Assembly (NCBI RefSeq): GCF_006345805.1
Contig: NC_043010.1
Coordinates: 13,144,001-13,208,000 of the forward strand
From: Octopus sinensis
Taxonomy: Eukaryota
Direction of reading: 5' to 3'
Length of the DNA stretch: 64,000 bases
Shown: one piece after another, positions 11,831 through 25,296 of the stretch
How the letters are laid out: every line of letters begins with the position of its first letter
Numbering within the stretch: position 1 is the first letter of the stretch
Made by a program: the position numbers and the translations under genes
The notes under the pieces: model-generated
Told to the model about the DNA's origin: nothing
What the model saw: the letters and a program-made list of their open reading frames with translations, nothing else
Database searches by the model: none

Positions 11831-13280
11831 CATCCTCCTCATCATCATCATCGTCATTTAACATCCGTTTTCCATGCTGGCATAGGTTGGACAGTTTGAC
11901 TGAGGTCTGGAGAGCCAGCAGCTGTGCCAGACTCCAATCTGATCTAGCAATGTTTCTATAGCTGGATTTCCCTTCCTAATGCCAACCACTCCGAGAGTGT
12001 AGTGGATGCTTTTTATGTGTCACTGGCACAGGTAGGAGCCAGTCAGGCAGGCCTGGCATCAACCAAGTTCAGATGGTGCTTTTTATGTGCCACTGGCAAT
12101 GGGAGCCAGTCAGGGGGTACTGACCACAGCTACGATATTGGCTTTACTCGATTAACTGGTCTTCTCAAGCATATCATATCGCACGACACATCAGAGGTAC
12201 TCTTAACTGGTCTGGACATGCATGGCAGCAATCTCACTTTAGATGCTATGTCTTCTCAATCACAGCATATCTCCAAAGGTCCTGGTCTCCTATCATTGCC
12301 TCTCTGATGCCCAATGTTCGAAGGTCATGCTTCACCACCTCATCCCGTGTCTTCCTGGGTCTACCTCTTCCACGGGTTCCTTTCACAGTTAGGGAGTGGC
12401 ACTTCCTCACACAGTTGTCCTCGTCCATACATAACACATGACCATACCAGTGCAGCATCTCTTTTGCACACCACATTTGATGCTTCTTATGCCCAACTTT
12501 TCTCTCAGGGCACTTACATTCTGTTGTGTATGCACACTGACATTACACATCCAGTGGATCATACTAGCTTCCTTTCTTTCAAGCCTATGTATGTCCTCAG
12601 CATTCATGGACCATTCTTTCACTGCTGTGTAGCATGGCAGTTCACACACATGCATCATACAGTCTACCTTTCATCCTGAGTGAGAGGTCCTTAGTTGCCA
12701 GCAGAGGTAGGAGCTCCCTGAACTTTGCCCAGGCTATTCTTATTGTAGCTGCTACACTCTCAGAGCAACCACCCCCACTACAGACTTGATCACCTAGGTA
12801 GTTTCTTCCTTTGGCATGTGATGGAATCTGTTTCCTGTACATCTTCATTGTTTATTGCCCCCATGAATCTGCCACACACGCAAACTATTTTCCCGGTTAA
12901 ACTTCCTTTGATATTACTGCACCTTTTATGTGTCCATAGCTTACACCAGGTACATTGTATGGAGTTTCTACCCATGCCTTTTCTACAGATTGAGCAGGGC
13001 CATCTACCTGAAGGGGATTCTGGTTTGGCAGCCTTTCTACTTACTAAGACTTTGGTTTTTGCTAGGTTGACCCTAAGGTCCTTCAATTCTAGACCTTGCT
13101 TCCACACCCTAAACTTCGTCTCTAGTTCTGGCAGTGACTTGGCTATTAGGGCAAGGTCATCAGCATAGAGGAGCTCCCAGGTGCAGCCTGTCTTGAATTT
13201 CTCTGTTATTGCTTGGAGGACTATAATGAAAAGAGGGGACTGAGGACTGATCCTTCGTGAACCCCTACTTCTACTCAGAA
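11831..13280 (-). mobile_element. 5'-truncated RTE-clade LINE with a frameshifted reverse transcriptase
   Basis: Translates to GSVLSP..ELLYADD (RT motifs), VNLAKTKVL, a Cys-rich insert CSICRKG..CTWCKLWTHKRC, and WYGHV..RGRPRKT. (ATG)n tail; several frameshifts. Confidence 0.92.
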
Positions 13281-13289
13281 TGTTGCTGT

Positions 13290-13745
13290 TGTGAGTGGTG
13301 ATGGTGGTGGCGGTGGTCGTGGTGGTGACAGCGGTTGTTGTTGTTGGTGGTGGTGGTGGTGGTGGTGGTGGTGGTAGTGATGGTGGTGTTGCTGCTGCTG
13401 CTGTAGTTACTGAAGCTCTTGTTACAACTATGATTGCTGTTATTAATTTTTACTTTGTTAGATTTTACTTTTGATGTTGTTGTTGTTGTTGCACATTATT
13501 TTTGTTATTACTGCAACCGGTGGTGTTACCAATGCTGCTGTGTTTAGGGTTACTACTACTACTACTTCTACTTCTGCAGTATGCTACCAATACTACTACT
13601 ACTACAAGCCACAACTACTATTACTACTACTATTATTACTACTACTACTACTACTACAAGCCACTACCACTACTGCTACAGCCCACCACCACCACCATCA
13701 CTACTACTATTACTTCTACTATTACGACTACCACTACTACTACTT

Positions 13746-13777
<32 letters not shown>

Positions 13778-13865
13778 GCAATATGCTAGCAATACTACTA
13801 TTACAAGCGACTACCACTGCTACTACAATCCACCACTATCACTACTACTACTCCTACTACTATTG
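13290..13865. repeat. (GGT)n/(GTT)n/(CTA)n trinucleotide block
   Basis: Direct inspection; source of the poly-Y/T/L ORFs. Confidence 0.9.
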
Positions 13866-14113
13866 TATGTGTGAGGTTTTTTGAGGAAGTCTGATAGTTG
13901 CCTATGAACACTAGTTTCCCCTATCTATATCACTAATGTTTATTCAAGGGGACGGCTTCCAAACATGGGTCGATTCAACTTTGGAACCAGTGTTGTTACA
14001 GGTGTTGCTGTCAGGTAGCAAAGAGCTGGAACAAGGCATCTTACATGACATCTTGCTCAACTCTCAAAAAGTTCAGCCAATCCAATGATCTCGATTAGCA
14101 CATTTTACCAACT

Positions 14114-14450
14114 GCGAAAGCTTGCTTGGTACGGTCAAATATCCTGCCACAACTCCCTGTCTGAAACCATTCTTCAGGGCACAGTTGGGAGAGGATGAAA
14201 GAGAGGCAGATGAAGAAAATCCTGCCTAGGTCAACTTTACCTGCCATTCTTTCATCATCATCATTATCATTAAGATCCCTTAACTGATGCAACCAAGCAT
14301 TGGGATGCCTCTGTAGATGCTTTTATAGTGTCAACCTTTGCCACTGGTCTCTGTTCTCTGTCATGGGTAGCAAGGTCATTGTGCTGTGACCTGTCCAGTT
14401 CTTGATGCTGTCAAACCCCTCTGTTTGGTATCTGTTCTAACTTCCTCCTC
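14114..14450. mobile_element. Degenerate RTE fragments of a second family, in both orientations
   Basis: Plus: RKLAWYGQISCHNSLSETILQGTV..KRGR. Minus: DSIKNWTGHSTMTLL..NRDQW. Both are RTE C-terminal motifs; in-frame stops present. Confidence 0.6.
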
Positions 14451-15020
14451 TGTTATTGTCTTGAGGACTATAATGAAAAGAGGGGACTGAGGACTGATCC
14501 TTCATGAACCCCTACTTCGACTCAGAATGTTGCTGTCGTTGTTATTGTAGATGGTGATGGTGGTGGCAGTGGTGGTCGTGGTGGTCGTGGCAGTGGTGGC
14601 GGTGGTGGCAGTGGTGGCAGTGGTGGTGGCAGCAACATACCACCAGGAATCAAACTTACAACAACCTTATGATCATGAGCTGAACACACTAATCTCTAAA
14701 CTACACACCTTCATTCTATGTTTACTTAAATGACATGGAAACCAGGTAACAGGCCTTGTAAGTCCATGGGCTTAAGAAAAATATAATTTTAAAAAATGAA
14801 CCAATTTACTTTAAGATGATATACCTATCTTTTTACTGTATAATTTTGCTTACCTGCATCTTTCTACCTGTGCCATAGTTCTATTTTAACCTTCTTCATA
14901 ATAACTCATCTAAGTCCACCCATGACTCTATGATACAAAGTTACCATTTTAAAGTAATGTAAATTAAAACATTCCATCAAAATTTCTGTTTAATTTATGT
15001 ACTGAACTCCAACATAATGG

Positions 15021-15352
15021 CGAACCACATGTTTCCAGGTTCAGTCCCAGTGCGTGGCACCTCAAGCAAGTGTCTTCTACTAAAGCCTTGGGCCGACCAA
15101 AGCCTTGTGAGTGGATTTGGTAGACGGAAACTGAAAGAAGCCCGTCGTATGTATGTATATGTGTGTGTGTGGTGTGTGTGTGTGTTTGTCCCCCCAACAT
15201 CGCTTGACAACTGATGCTGGTGTGTTTGCGTCCCTGTAACTTAGCAGTTCAGCAAAAGTGAACGATAGAATAAGTCCTGGGGTCGATTTGCTCGACTAAA
15301 GGTGGTGCTCCAGCATGGCCACAGTCAAATGACTGAAACAAGAAAAAGAGTA
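15021..15352 (+). mobile_element. tRNA-derived SINE, family A (dominant family, internal microsatellite)
   Basis: ggttcagtcc..accttgggcaagtgtc..gtgagtggatttggtagacggaaactgaaagaagc..(TA/TG)n..gtcaaatgactgaaacaag..agagtaa. Other copies or fragments near 1-385(+), 5795-6010(-), 7320-7435(-), 9268-9580(+), 22855-23235(+), 24135-24545(+), 37125-37490(-), 39737-39875(+), 51590-51731(-), 63725-63870(+). Confidence 0.85.
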
Positions 15353-15951
15353 ATTAATTGAAACATGCACAAGCAGTGCATTCCAACAGCAGTAAGACAT
15401 CTTTTATGCATTCCTCCAATACACCAAACCCCTGTCTTACAAGCTTCGCTTTAACTTCCCCAATATCACTCACATACACCATCAAATTTGTATCACATGA
15501 AATGTTTTTTCTCCTTATAATAATAACAAAAAAATAAGCCCAATCTTTATGCCATGGCTCCACTACATGCTAGATGAATAAAATGCGATCATTATCCCTT
15601 GCAATATCTATAACCATTATGGACTTAACATCTCTGATTTATATTCTACTGGAAGATAAATTTCTATTCATAATAAAGCTTTCACTAAATTATAAATTGA
15701 TCTAAACATATTAATGGGCTACTCTAAAGAGAGCAAAAAATATATACATTTTGCCAGTTACGTATTTCTCCTAAATCTAATCCATAATTTTGTTGCCATT
15801 ATTTTTTTTAATATATTCCAGAGTTTAATCTTTCATTAAGTGCTAGGATAATGTTGATGTTAATATGGCTGTCTGTTAAGATGATTTGCCATGATAGCCA
15901 ATTATGGCATCAGTGTATTGTGCAAATGATGCTTAATTCCACCCAACTTAC

Positions 15952-16059
15952 TTCTGGGAGCTTTATTGCTGTAGTTGAGGCTTTCCATTCATTTTGTGGT
16001 TCAAGGACAAAGTAAAACTGATTTGATGATGACTCTGTTATGGCAGCTGGAGTGTTAGT
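15952..16059 (-). CDS. Internal coding exon (repeat exon B); TNTPAAITESSSNQFYFVLEPQNEWKASTTAIKLPE
   Basis: 108 nt, phase 0-0. Acceptor gtatttttcag|ACT, donor GAA|gtaagt. Motif QFYFVLEPQNEWKASTT. Confidence 0.87.
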
Positions 16060-17325
16060 CTGAAAAATACATGGAAGTTACATGAAATTGCAATGGAATA
16101 CAGCAAAGTCTTTGGGTTTGGGTTTGGCTAGTGATATAATTAACAGATTAAAGCTGAACGACACAGCTTGAAACCATTCATTTTCGTGTAGCATCTCAGT
16201 TGTTGAAAGTGACTAGTGGAAAATTATCCTTTAAGTGAAATAGCCTTAAGTGTTTTGGAGGGGAGTAGAAATTGCTTCAGATACCAAATATCAGATTAAA
16301 TTAAAGACTTTAGAATAAAGCAATTTAGAAAGCAATTTTTTTTTTAATAATAATTAGTAGTATTCTATGCCAAATAACTTAGTCATAATTTTTACCAAGA
16401 TTAGTAGGGTACAAACAGATACAGGACCAAATTTAGACTAATAAATCTAATTTCAAAAATTAATTCTAGCTAGCAACAAAAATAGGAATTATATTGGGCA
16501 ATTAATATAATTATTATTTATTTTTAAAAATCTTTATATATTAGAGACTTCACAAAGATGCTGATATTTACAGCAATCATAAATCAGAAAGGGCAAAATA
16601 AATTTTGTCTCTGATAAAATTTAAAGATTTTTCATTTACATCATGTATACCGTTTATGCTAAGGTCGAAAAAAAAAAAAAAAAAAGAAGTAAATAGATAA
16701 AATACTCCGTAAAATAATAAAACTATATCTGGTATCGGTTGATTATCTTAAATTTTACAGACTGAATGAAATATTCTGGACGACTAGAAGAAGAAGCATT
16801 CCGCAGAAGTCGGAATTTTCTTCAAACTGAAATATTAGTTGTTGATGACTGATACAACAAAAGGCAGAGCCTCGTTGTGGTTGTTTGTTTTCCATTTAAT
16901 TGTTACAACCATTATCAGCAGCTGGCATGTATTCCAGACCAAACTGCTGCTACGCTTCAAGGATTACTCTGCTGTTACTTCCACTCTGCACTGTTTCCCA
17001 TTCAAGCTGCAGCAGCTGCTGCTGCTGTTGCTGCTGTTGTTGCTGCTGTTGCTGCTGCTGCTGCTGCCACTGCTGTTGATTCTGATAATAACCAAGGCAG
17101 CTACTACTGTCACACAGAAATGAAGGGATAGCTACTGCACAACAGAGAGAAGAAATAGCAATTTTACTAGCTTGTTCGATATCTTTTATTTCACGGTATC
17201 ATTTGTTCAATTATCAACATCAACTGAATTCAATGATTTATCTATCAAGTTAATTTTTTCAAATAAATTCTTGGTTTTTGCCAACCAAATATTATAAATA
17301 TATATATAAATACATAAATGTATAC

Positions 17326-17396
<71 letters not shown>

Positions 17397-17407
17397 GTGT
17401 ATATATA

Positions 17408-17448
<41 letters not shown>

Positions 17449-17953
17449 TATATTTATATATATATATAATATATATATATATATTATATATATATATATA
17501 TATTATATATATGTATGTATATATATATGTATATATATATGTATGTATGTATTTTTTATCATGAAATGAGATGCATGACAAGCAAAGACTGTGACAAGAT
17601 TATAGATAATCCATAGAAACATCTAAATGTTTTCTGGAAACTACATCATTTTCATTCTGTAGAAATATCTGCAAAGAAAGTTTGCTAATTCAGCTGTCGA
17701 AAAATAAATGAATGTTTCTGTAGACACAAACATAATGATCTGAAAATGAATTTCTCTGGAATATTTCCGAACAGGTTCATCTCAAAATTCTACACTGAAA
17801 AATATCCCTGCAAATCAAGATAGAGAGAGAGAGAGAAAAAAAAACAGCTTCCATAGCTTTTATAATAGAATTATTGAATAAATATACTTTTAACCCACAT
17901 CTGATAGCGCTTATTTGTTTGGGATAGAATTTTAGAGAGAAAGCAGGACTTAC

Positions 17954-18085
17954 CGGTTTAGGTGGTGGTGGTTTGAATGTGGTGGTTGAAGCTTTCCACT
18001 CATTTTGTGGTTCAAGGACAAAGTAAAACTGACTTGACGCGTCAGCCATAAGAGGGTTTCCGAATATGTCTGCAGAGCTGTAATT
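17954..18085 (-). CDS. Internal coding exon (repeat exon A); NYSSADIFGNPLMADASSQFYFVLEPQNEWKASTTTFKPPPPKP
   Basis: 132 nt, phase 0-0. Acceptor ccattccttag|AAT, donor CCG|gtaagt. Its 17-codon core differs from exon B only at four synonymous third positions. Confidence 0.87.
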
Positions 18086-18591
18086 CTAAGGAATGGAAAA
18101 GAAATGAGGGTGTTTTAGAGGAGCAAAATGGACAAAGAATTATGGTTTTATATCATAGCAGAAACACACAAACATAGGACATATACACATACATATCATT
18201 ATATATATATATATATATATGCACACACACACACACAGAGTTGTTTATGTATATAAATAAATATATATATATGTATAAATATATATATATATACATATAT
18301 ATTATATATATGTGTGTGTGTGTATATATATATATGCATGTATGTATCTATCCATATATATTTATACATACATACATTTATATATATATATATATATTAT
18401 ATATATTATAACTGTTTTGATCTATACATGTAAATCCCAATGAATGTATTGAGTGCCTTTCTTTCCTTTTTCTAATCACTCATATATATAATATATATAT
18501 ATATATATACACATATATATATAAATATATGCATATATAAATATATGCATATATAAATATATACATATATACACAAGAAAATTTGTGTGTG

Positions 18592-18639
<48 letters not shown>

Positions 18640-18708
18640 CACACACAAATTTTCTTGTGTATATATGTATATATTTATATATGCATATATTTATATATAT
18701 ATATATAT

Positions 18709-18764
<56 letters not shown>

Positions 18765-18797
18765 TGTATGAATACACACACACACACATATACATGC

Positions 18798-18872
<75 letters not shown>

Positions 18873-18995
18873 ATACAGATCTGGAGAAAACATACTTGGT
18901 AAACAACAATCAGTGCATAGAAAGCAATCAATGTAAACAGAACACAATAAAACAAATCACAGCCATGAATAACAGAGTAACAATAAGCAAGTGCA

Positions 18996-19002
18996 TATCA
19001 TC

Positions 19003-19046
<44 letters not shown>

Positions 19047-19078
19047 CATTATTATCATTATTATTATCATTATTATTA

Positions 19079-19121
<43 letters not shown>

Positions 19122-19212
19122 TATTATTATTATCATTATTATCATCATTTTTATTATCATTATTATTATTACTATTATTATCATCATCATTATTATCATT
19201 ATTATTATTACA

Positions 19213-19264
<52 letters not shown>

Positions 19265-19391
19265 CATTATTATTATTACTATTATTATCATCATCATTAT
19301 TATTATCCTTATTATTATTACAATTATTATATCATTATTATTATTACTATTATCATTATTATTATTATCATTATTATTATTACTATTATCA

Positions 19392-19421
<30 letters not shown>
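18996..19421. repeat. (ATT/ATC)n microsatellite within a compound TA/GA/GATA region (18180-19421)
   Basis: Direct inspection. Confidence 0.95.
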
Positions 19422-19422
<1 letters not shown>

Positions 19423-21250
19423 GAGGCTGCTAGTATTGGTAACAAAACTATAAACCTTGAGTAAAATAATAAGAATATTGAACAAAAGCATAGTACTGAA
19501 CACCAAAAAAAAAAAAAATCTAATCAACACTGGACTATGACCTTCAGAGGCCACGCATTTTAATGTATTTAATATGCATATTGTAGAGGCAAAACAGCCG
19601 AACAAACAGATAAAGTATTGGACTGACAGGACTACTGCTAGCTTCTCGGTGCAGAGTTGTTGTGCTCTATAGTGTTGTTATTATTTAGCCCCAGGTCGAT
19701 TCTAATTGAGCAAAGCCTATGATCATATGCATTTTAGCTGTGACCATCCCAACATATGTAGGATTATCATTATCTAATGTGTTCTCTTCTTACATAAAGC
19801 GATAGGGTTTGATTCAATGGAGATACGGTTGGTATTAATCTGGTTGAATGACCACATAGAAGCTCGCTTGATAGCTCGTATCTTCCACAGTTGTTTTATT
19901 ATGTCTCAGGACAGGGCACTGAAGAATTCTTGTTATGCTTGCTTCAGTTTTACTTGCTTCGGTTATGCTTGCTTCAGTTGGGGATTACATGCAAGACTGT
20001 ATCGGAATATTACTTCTCCCAGCATGGCATCTTATCTAGGGAGAGACTCAGCTCTCATTCACTTAATGTTATGGAGCCTAGAGTAATAATAATCACTACA
20101 TATTTTAAATATTCACGTCAGTACACAGTGAAATTGGTGACTCCAATTCAGATAGAATAACAGTAATAAAATTGTTGATAATTTTATTTTTTTAATAAAG
20201 ACAAAAGAAGAAAATTTAACACTTATTGATGCATAATAATAATTATTTCTAAAATTAAATAAATAAAAAAAAAACATTATTTATTTTTCACAGGTTACAT
20301 TATTCTGTCACAGCCTCAAAATGTAGATATTATCATATAATCGAATACAACATTTGAACATATTTACTCATATGCACTAAGACTCAATATGTAAATATGC
20401 TAGGTCACTAAACTAAATAAGCTGACATAGGTCATTACACTCAGTTTGTAGGCATGATAGCTCATGAAGCAGAACAAGCAAACATACTACAACACAAGGA
20501 ACCACCATATGTAGGTTTCCTAGGCCGTCAAACCCAATTATAATATTTAAACTCATTAGGTTGTTAAATTCAGGCTGTATATTCTTTTATTCTTCTTCTG
20601 TTCATCCGTTATTCTATTCTTTTAGTGGACGACAATCATTGGACGGTAACCATGCTGGAGCACTGCTTATGAAGAATTTTGAGTTAATTATAGTGACACC
20701 TGTACTTCTTTCTGCCTGGTATTTGTTTCATCAATCTCTACCTATCAAACAGCAAAGTTTGCTTTTGACATATTGTTTTACATTAACAAACGCACACATA
20801 CATATATTCATAGCAATATACATATATATATATATATATATATGTCTGATTATATGTATATATGTATATAGATATATGTATTTATGTTTGTGTGTGTATG
20901 TGTAGTACATATATGCATATATACACATGTATGTATATGTATCCATCTGTCTATATATATATATATATAGTGCTGATTATATGTACATATGTATATAGAT
21001 ATATGTATTTATGTTTGTGTGTGTATGTGTAGTACATATATGCATATATACACATGTATGTATATGTATCCATCTGTCTACACACACACACATATATATA
21101 TATATATGTCTGATTATATGCATATATGTATATAGATATATGTATTTATGTTTGTGTGTGTAGGTGTAGTACATATATGCATATATATACATGTATGTAT
21201 ATGTATCCATCTGTCTATATATATATATATATATACATACACATACATAC

Positions 21251-21288
<38 letters not shown>

Positions 21289-21534
21289 CCAGTGAGTTTC
21301 CGCATAGTTTTGTCTGCCAAAATCCCACTCACAAGGCATTGTTTGAACCAAGGCAACAGTAAAATGCTCATCATTTCCAGAGGCATCAAACTCAGAACCA
21401 TGTAGTTGCAAATCCATCCTCTTAACCAAACAGGTGTTCCTGTACCTTTATATTTGATTAGCAAATATAAAATTCAGGTATGTAAAGTAATCAAACCCCC
21501 TAGATGTAGATGTTTGCAAATATTCTGTCTTATA

Positions 21535-21930
21535 TACTCTTTACTCTTTTACTTGTTTCAGTCATGCTGGAGCACCGCCTTTAGTCGAGCAAATCGACCC
21601 TGGGACTTATTTTTTGTAAGCCCAGTACTTATTCTATTGGTGTCTTTTGCCAAACCGCTAGGTGACGGGGACGTAAACACACCAGCATCGGTTGTCAAGC
21701 AATGCTAGGGGGACAAACACAGACACACAAACATACGCACACACACATGTATATATATACATATGTACGACAGGCTTCTTTCAGTTTCCATCTACCAAAT
21801 CCACTCACAAGGCATTGGTCGGCCTGAGGCTATAGCAGAAGACATTTGCCCAAGATGCCACGCAGTGGGACTGAATCCGGAACCATGTGGTTGGTAAGCA
21901 AGCTACTTACCACACAGCCACTCCTGCGCA
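21535..21930 (-). mobile_element. SINE family A, near full length
   Basis: Reverse complement of the family-A sequence from head to gagtaa tail. Confidence 0.85.
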
Positions 21931-22176
21931 TATGTTAATATGTGGACATATTAACATATTAAGCATAACATTTAAATATTCTTAGATATTTTAGGTTGTC
22001 AAAATAAACAGATTTATGTATCAGTCCATTGTATTTGATAATAGTATATGTTAGAGCAGAGATGGAGAATCTTATAATGTTGGAAGGTTGCATTGAAGTT
22101 AATTGCCATCTGAGGAATCCAAGCTTATTGTTTTACAAAATTTAAGTATTCATAAAAATTTTAACAAAATGCTAAA

Positions 22177-22540
22177 ACACCTTGGGCAAGTATCTTCTAC
22201 TATAGCCTCGGGCCGACCAAAGCCTTGTGAGTGGATTTGGTAGACGGAAACTGAAAGAAGCTCGTCGTATATATGTATATATATATATATATATATAATA
22301 TATATATATGCGTGTGTGTGTTTGTGTGTCTGTGTTTGTCCCCCTAGCATTGCTTGACAACCGATGCTGGTGTATTTACGTCCCTGTTACTTAGCGGTTC
22401 GGCAAAAGAGACCGATAGAATAAGTACTGGGCTTACAAAAGAATAAGTCCTGGGGTCGAGTTGCTTGACTAAAAGGCGGTGCTCCAGCATGGCCGCAGTC
22501 AAATGACTGAAACAAGTAAAAGAGTAAAAGAAAAGAGTAA
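22177..22540 (+). mobile_element. SINE family A, 5'-truncated
   Basis: Family-A body and tail. Confidence 0.85.
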
Positions 22541-23484
22541 TAGTTTTGGAATAAGAATCAACACTGGACTTTTCTTCAGATTCTTATGTCAAATATATTT
22601 GCAATAACTTGAACCATTTTGAAACCAACCATTCTGAGCCCACCCCTGTTCTGTGATAGAAACTTTCTAATTTAAAGTGGTTTAAATTAAAACCTTCCCT
22701 CAAAATTTCTTGTTAATTTAAGTAAAAAGTACCAACTTAATAATGACAAAATCATTTTATTAAACTTTTCATTATTTTAAAAATTGTAACATTAGTAATG
22801 TATTTTTTTAAAGTTATAACAAAAGGATTAAATTAGTAATTAGTAGTGAAGATAAAGAAAGCTATATGGTAAAAATTTTGCTTCTCAACAACATTGTTCT
22901 GGGTTCAGTCCCACTGTGTTGCACCTGGACAAGTACCTTCTGCAGTCTCAGGCTGATCAAAGCCTTGTGAGTGGATTTGGTAGATGGAAACTGAAAGAAG
23001 CTTGTTGTGTGTATATGTGTGTCTGTCTGTTTGTCCCCCCACCCTACTGCTTGACAACAGGTGTTAGTGTGTTTACGTCCATGTGACTTAGCAGTTCAGC
23101 AAAAGAGATGGACAGATTAAGTACCAGGCTTTAAGAAATGGATAAGTACTGGAATCAGTTCATTTGACAAAAAATTCAAGATGGTGCCTCAGCATGGCTG
23201 CAGTCTAATGATGAAAACAAGCAACAGATAAAGAACAAGACATTTCTGATCACTTAGATAAACTTAGATATGTTTCGACCAAAGATTGATCCAAGCCATG
23301 TCTAACTTAATAGCACCCCCTGATAGGATTATCTAAATCCTGTTTAAGTCAAGTTTTATTTATGGTCCATTCAAGTAGTGAGTTCTTGTTGAGTGAGTTG
23401 TATCCAGGTATGGTTGGCTTATCCAATTGTATCCAGGTATGGGTGGCTTGTTTACAGTTTGTTGAAAAGATGATGATGATGATC

Positions 23485-23731
23485 CTCATCATCATTTAAC
23501 GTCCGTTTTCCATGCTAGCATGGGTCGGATGGTTCAACTAAGGTCTGGAAGCAATGGAGGCTGCACCAGGCTTTAGTCTGATTTGGCAGTGTTTCTACAG
23601 CTGGATGCCCTTCCTAATGCCAACCATTCCATGAGTGTAGTGGGTGTTTTTTACATGTCACCGGCACAGGGGCCAGATCAGGCTGGCAAACGGCCACAAT
23701 CGGTTGGTGCTTTTACATGTCACCGACACAG
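23485..23731 (-). mobile_element. RTE 3' end adjacent to the 18S fragment
   Basis: Shared RTE 3' UTR. Confidence 0.75.
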
Positions 23732-23804
23732 ATAAACCAACAACTCTGTATTCTCGTGAAATGATTTCCTCACAAACACACTTCTTTCAGAGGGTTGCAT
23801 TTAG

Positions 23805-24074
23805 CCCTCAAGAAGGCGAAGATGCGGCGGCTGCCGAACGTCATTTTTAGGCCCGACGCCTGGGTGCGACCTGCAATCGCAGCTTTGGTTGCATATATTA
23901 GCTCTAGAATTGCCACAGTTATCCACTCTCCTCACGGTGAAGAATACGGTCCCGAGGATTAGGTCCGGTTCCTGAGCCATTCGCGGTTTCACCATTCGTT
24001 TACGGCATGAACTTACACTTGCATGGCTTAAGCTTTGAGACAAGCATATGACTACTGGCAGGATCAACCAGGTA
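23805..24074 (-). pseudogene. 5' fragment (~270 nt) of 18S rRNA, dispersed copy
   Basis: Minus strand starts TACCTGGTTGATCCTGCCAGTAGTCATATGCTTGTCTCAAAG..TTAAGCCATGC, then GAAACCGCGAATGGCTCA and TGGATAACTGTGGCAATTCTAGAGCTAAT. Truncated in the GC-rich variable region. 3' boundary approximate. Confidence 0.92.
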
Positions 24075-24855
24075 TCATCAAGATAACACCAATATATTTG
24101 CTTCATCAGAATACAATGTTTGTTATCACACCTTGCAGGCATAGCTGTGAGATAAAAAGTTTGCTTCCCAACCACATGGTTCTAGGTTCAGTTCCAGTGA
24201 GTGGCACCTTGGGCAAGTGTCTTCTACTGTAGCCACAGGCTGACCAAAACTTTGTGAGTGGATTTGGTAGCATGAAACTGAAAGAAGTTCATCATGTGTG
24301 TGTTTGTGTTTGTGTGTATATATGTGTGTGTGTCTGTGTGTCTGTGATTGTCCCCTCTACCACTTGGCAACCAGTGCTGGTTTGTTTTCATCCCCATAAC
24401 TTAGCAGTTCAGCCAAAGAGACCGATAGAATATGTATCAGGCTTTAAAAAAAATGTACTACGATCAAGTCATTCAACAAAATATTCTTCAAGGCAGTGCC
24501 CCAGCATGGCTGTAGTCTAATGATTGAAACAAGTAAAGAAAAGGATTTTGTTTTCACAACTGAAAATCCCTAAAGATATGCCTTTCAAAATTTATAAATT
24601 TTTAGTCATCAGTCATTTTTAGTTATTAGTCATTTGGTTGAGAAATTCAATCTGTGACCACATTATTCCAGTTTCAATCCCACTACGCTGAAAGAAACCT
24701 TGAACAAGAATCTTCTATCATAGCCTAAGTTTGGCCGATGTTTTATGAATGGAATTTGTTCAACAGATAAATGGAAACTGTGTGAAAGCCCCCTGCATAT
24801 TTTCTAATTTATTTTTCAATCTATTTGTCTGTCTGTCTATCTATCTATCTATCTC

Positions 24856-24923
<68 letters not shown>

Positions 24924-25072
24924 GATAGATAGATAGATAGATAGATACATATTTACTCACTCACACATACATATATATACATATACATATATATATGTAT
25001 GTATATGTATATACTTATATATATATATATATGTATGTATATATATATGTATATGTCTCTCTCTCTCTCTCT

Positions 25073-25117
<45 letters not shown>

Positions 25118-25264
25118 GATAGATAGATAGATAGATAGATACATATTTACTCACTCACACATACATATATATACATATACATATATATGTATGTATATGT
25201 ATATACTTATATATATATATATGTATGTATATATATATGTATATGTCTCTCTCTCTCTCTCAAT

Positions 25265-25296
<32 letters not shown>

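Noticed and set aside
15360-15830. Very old LINE RT remnant (VRQG-like motif on minus)
   Set aside because: Too degraded to support from a single short motif.
16839-17131. CAG/CTG tract suggesting a poly-Gln or poly-Ala exon between exons A and B
   Set aside because: All minus-strand frames hit stops nearby and no convincing splice pair was found.
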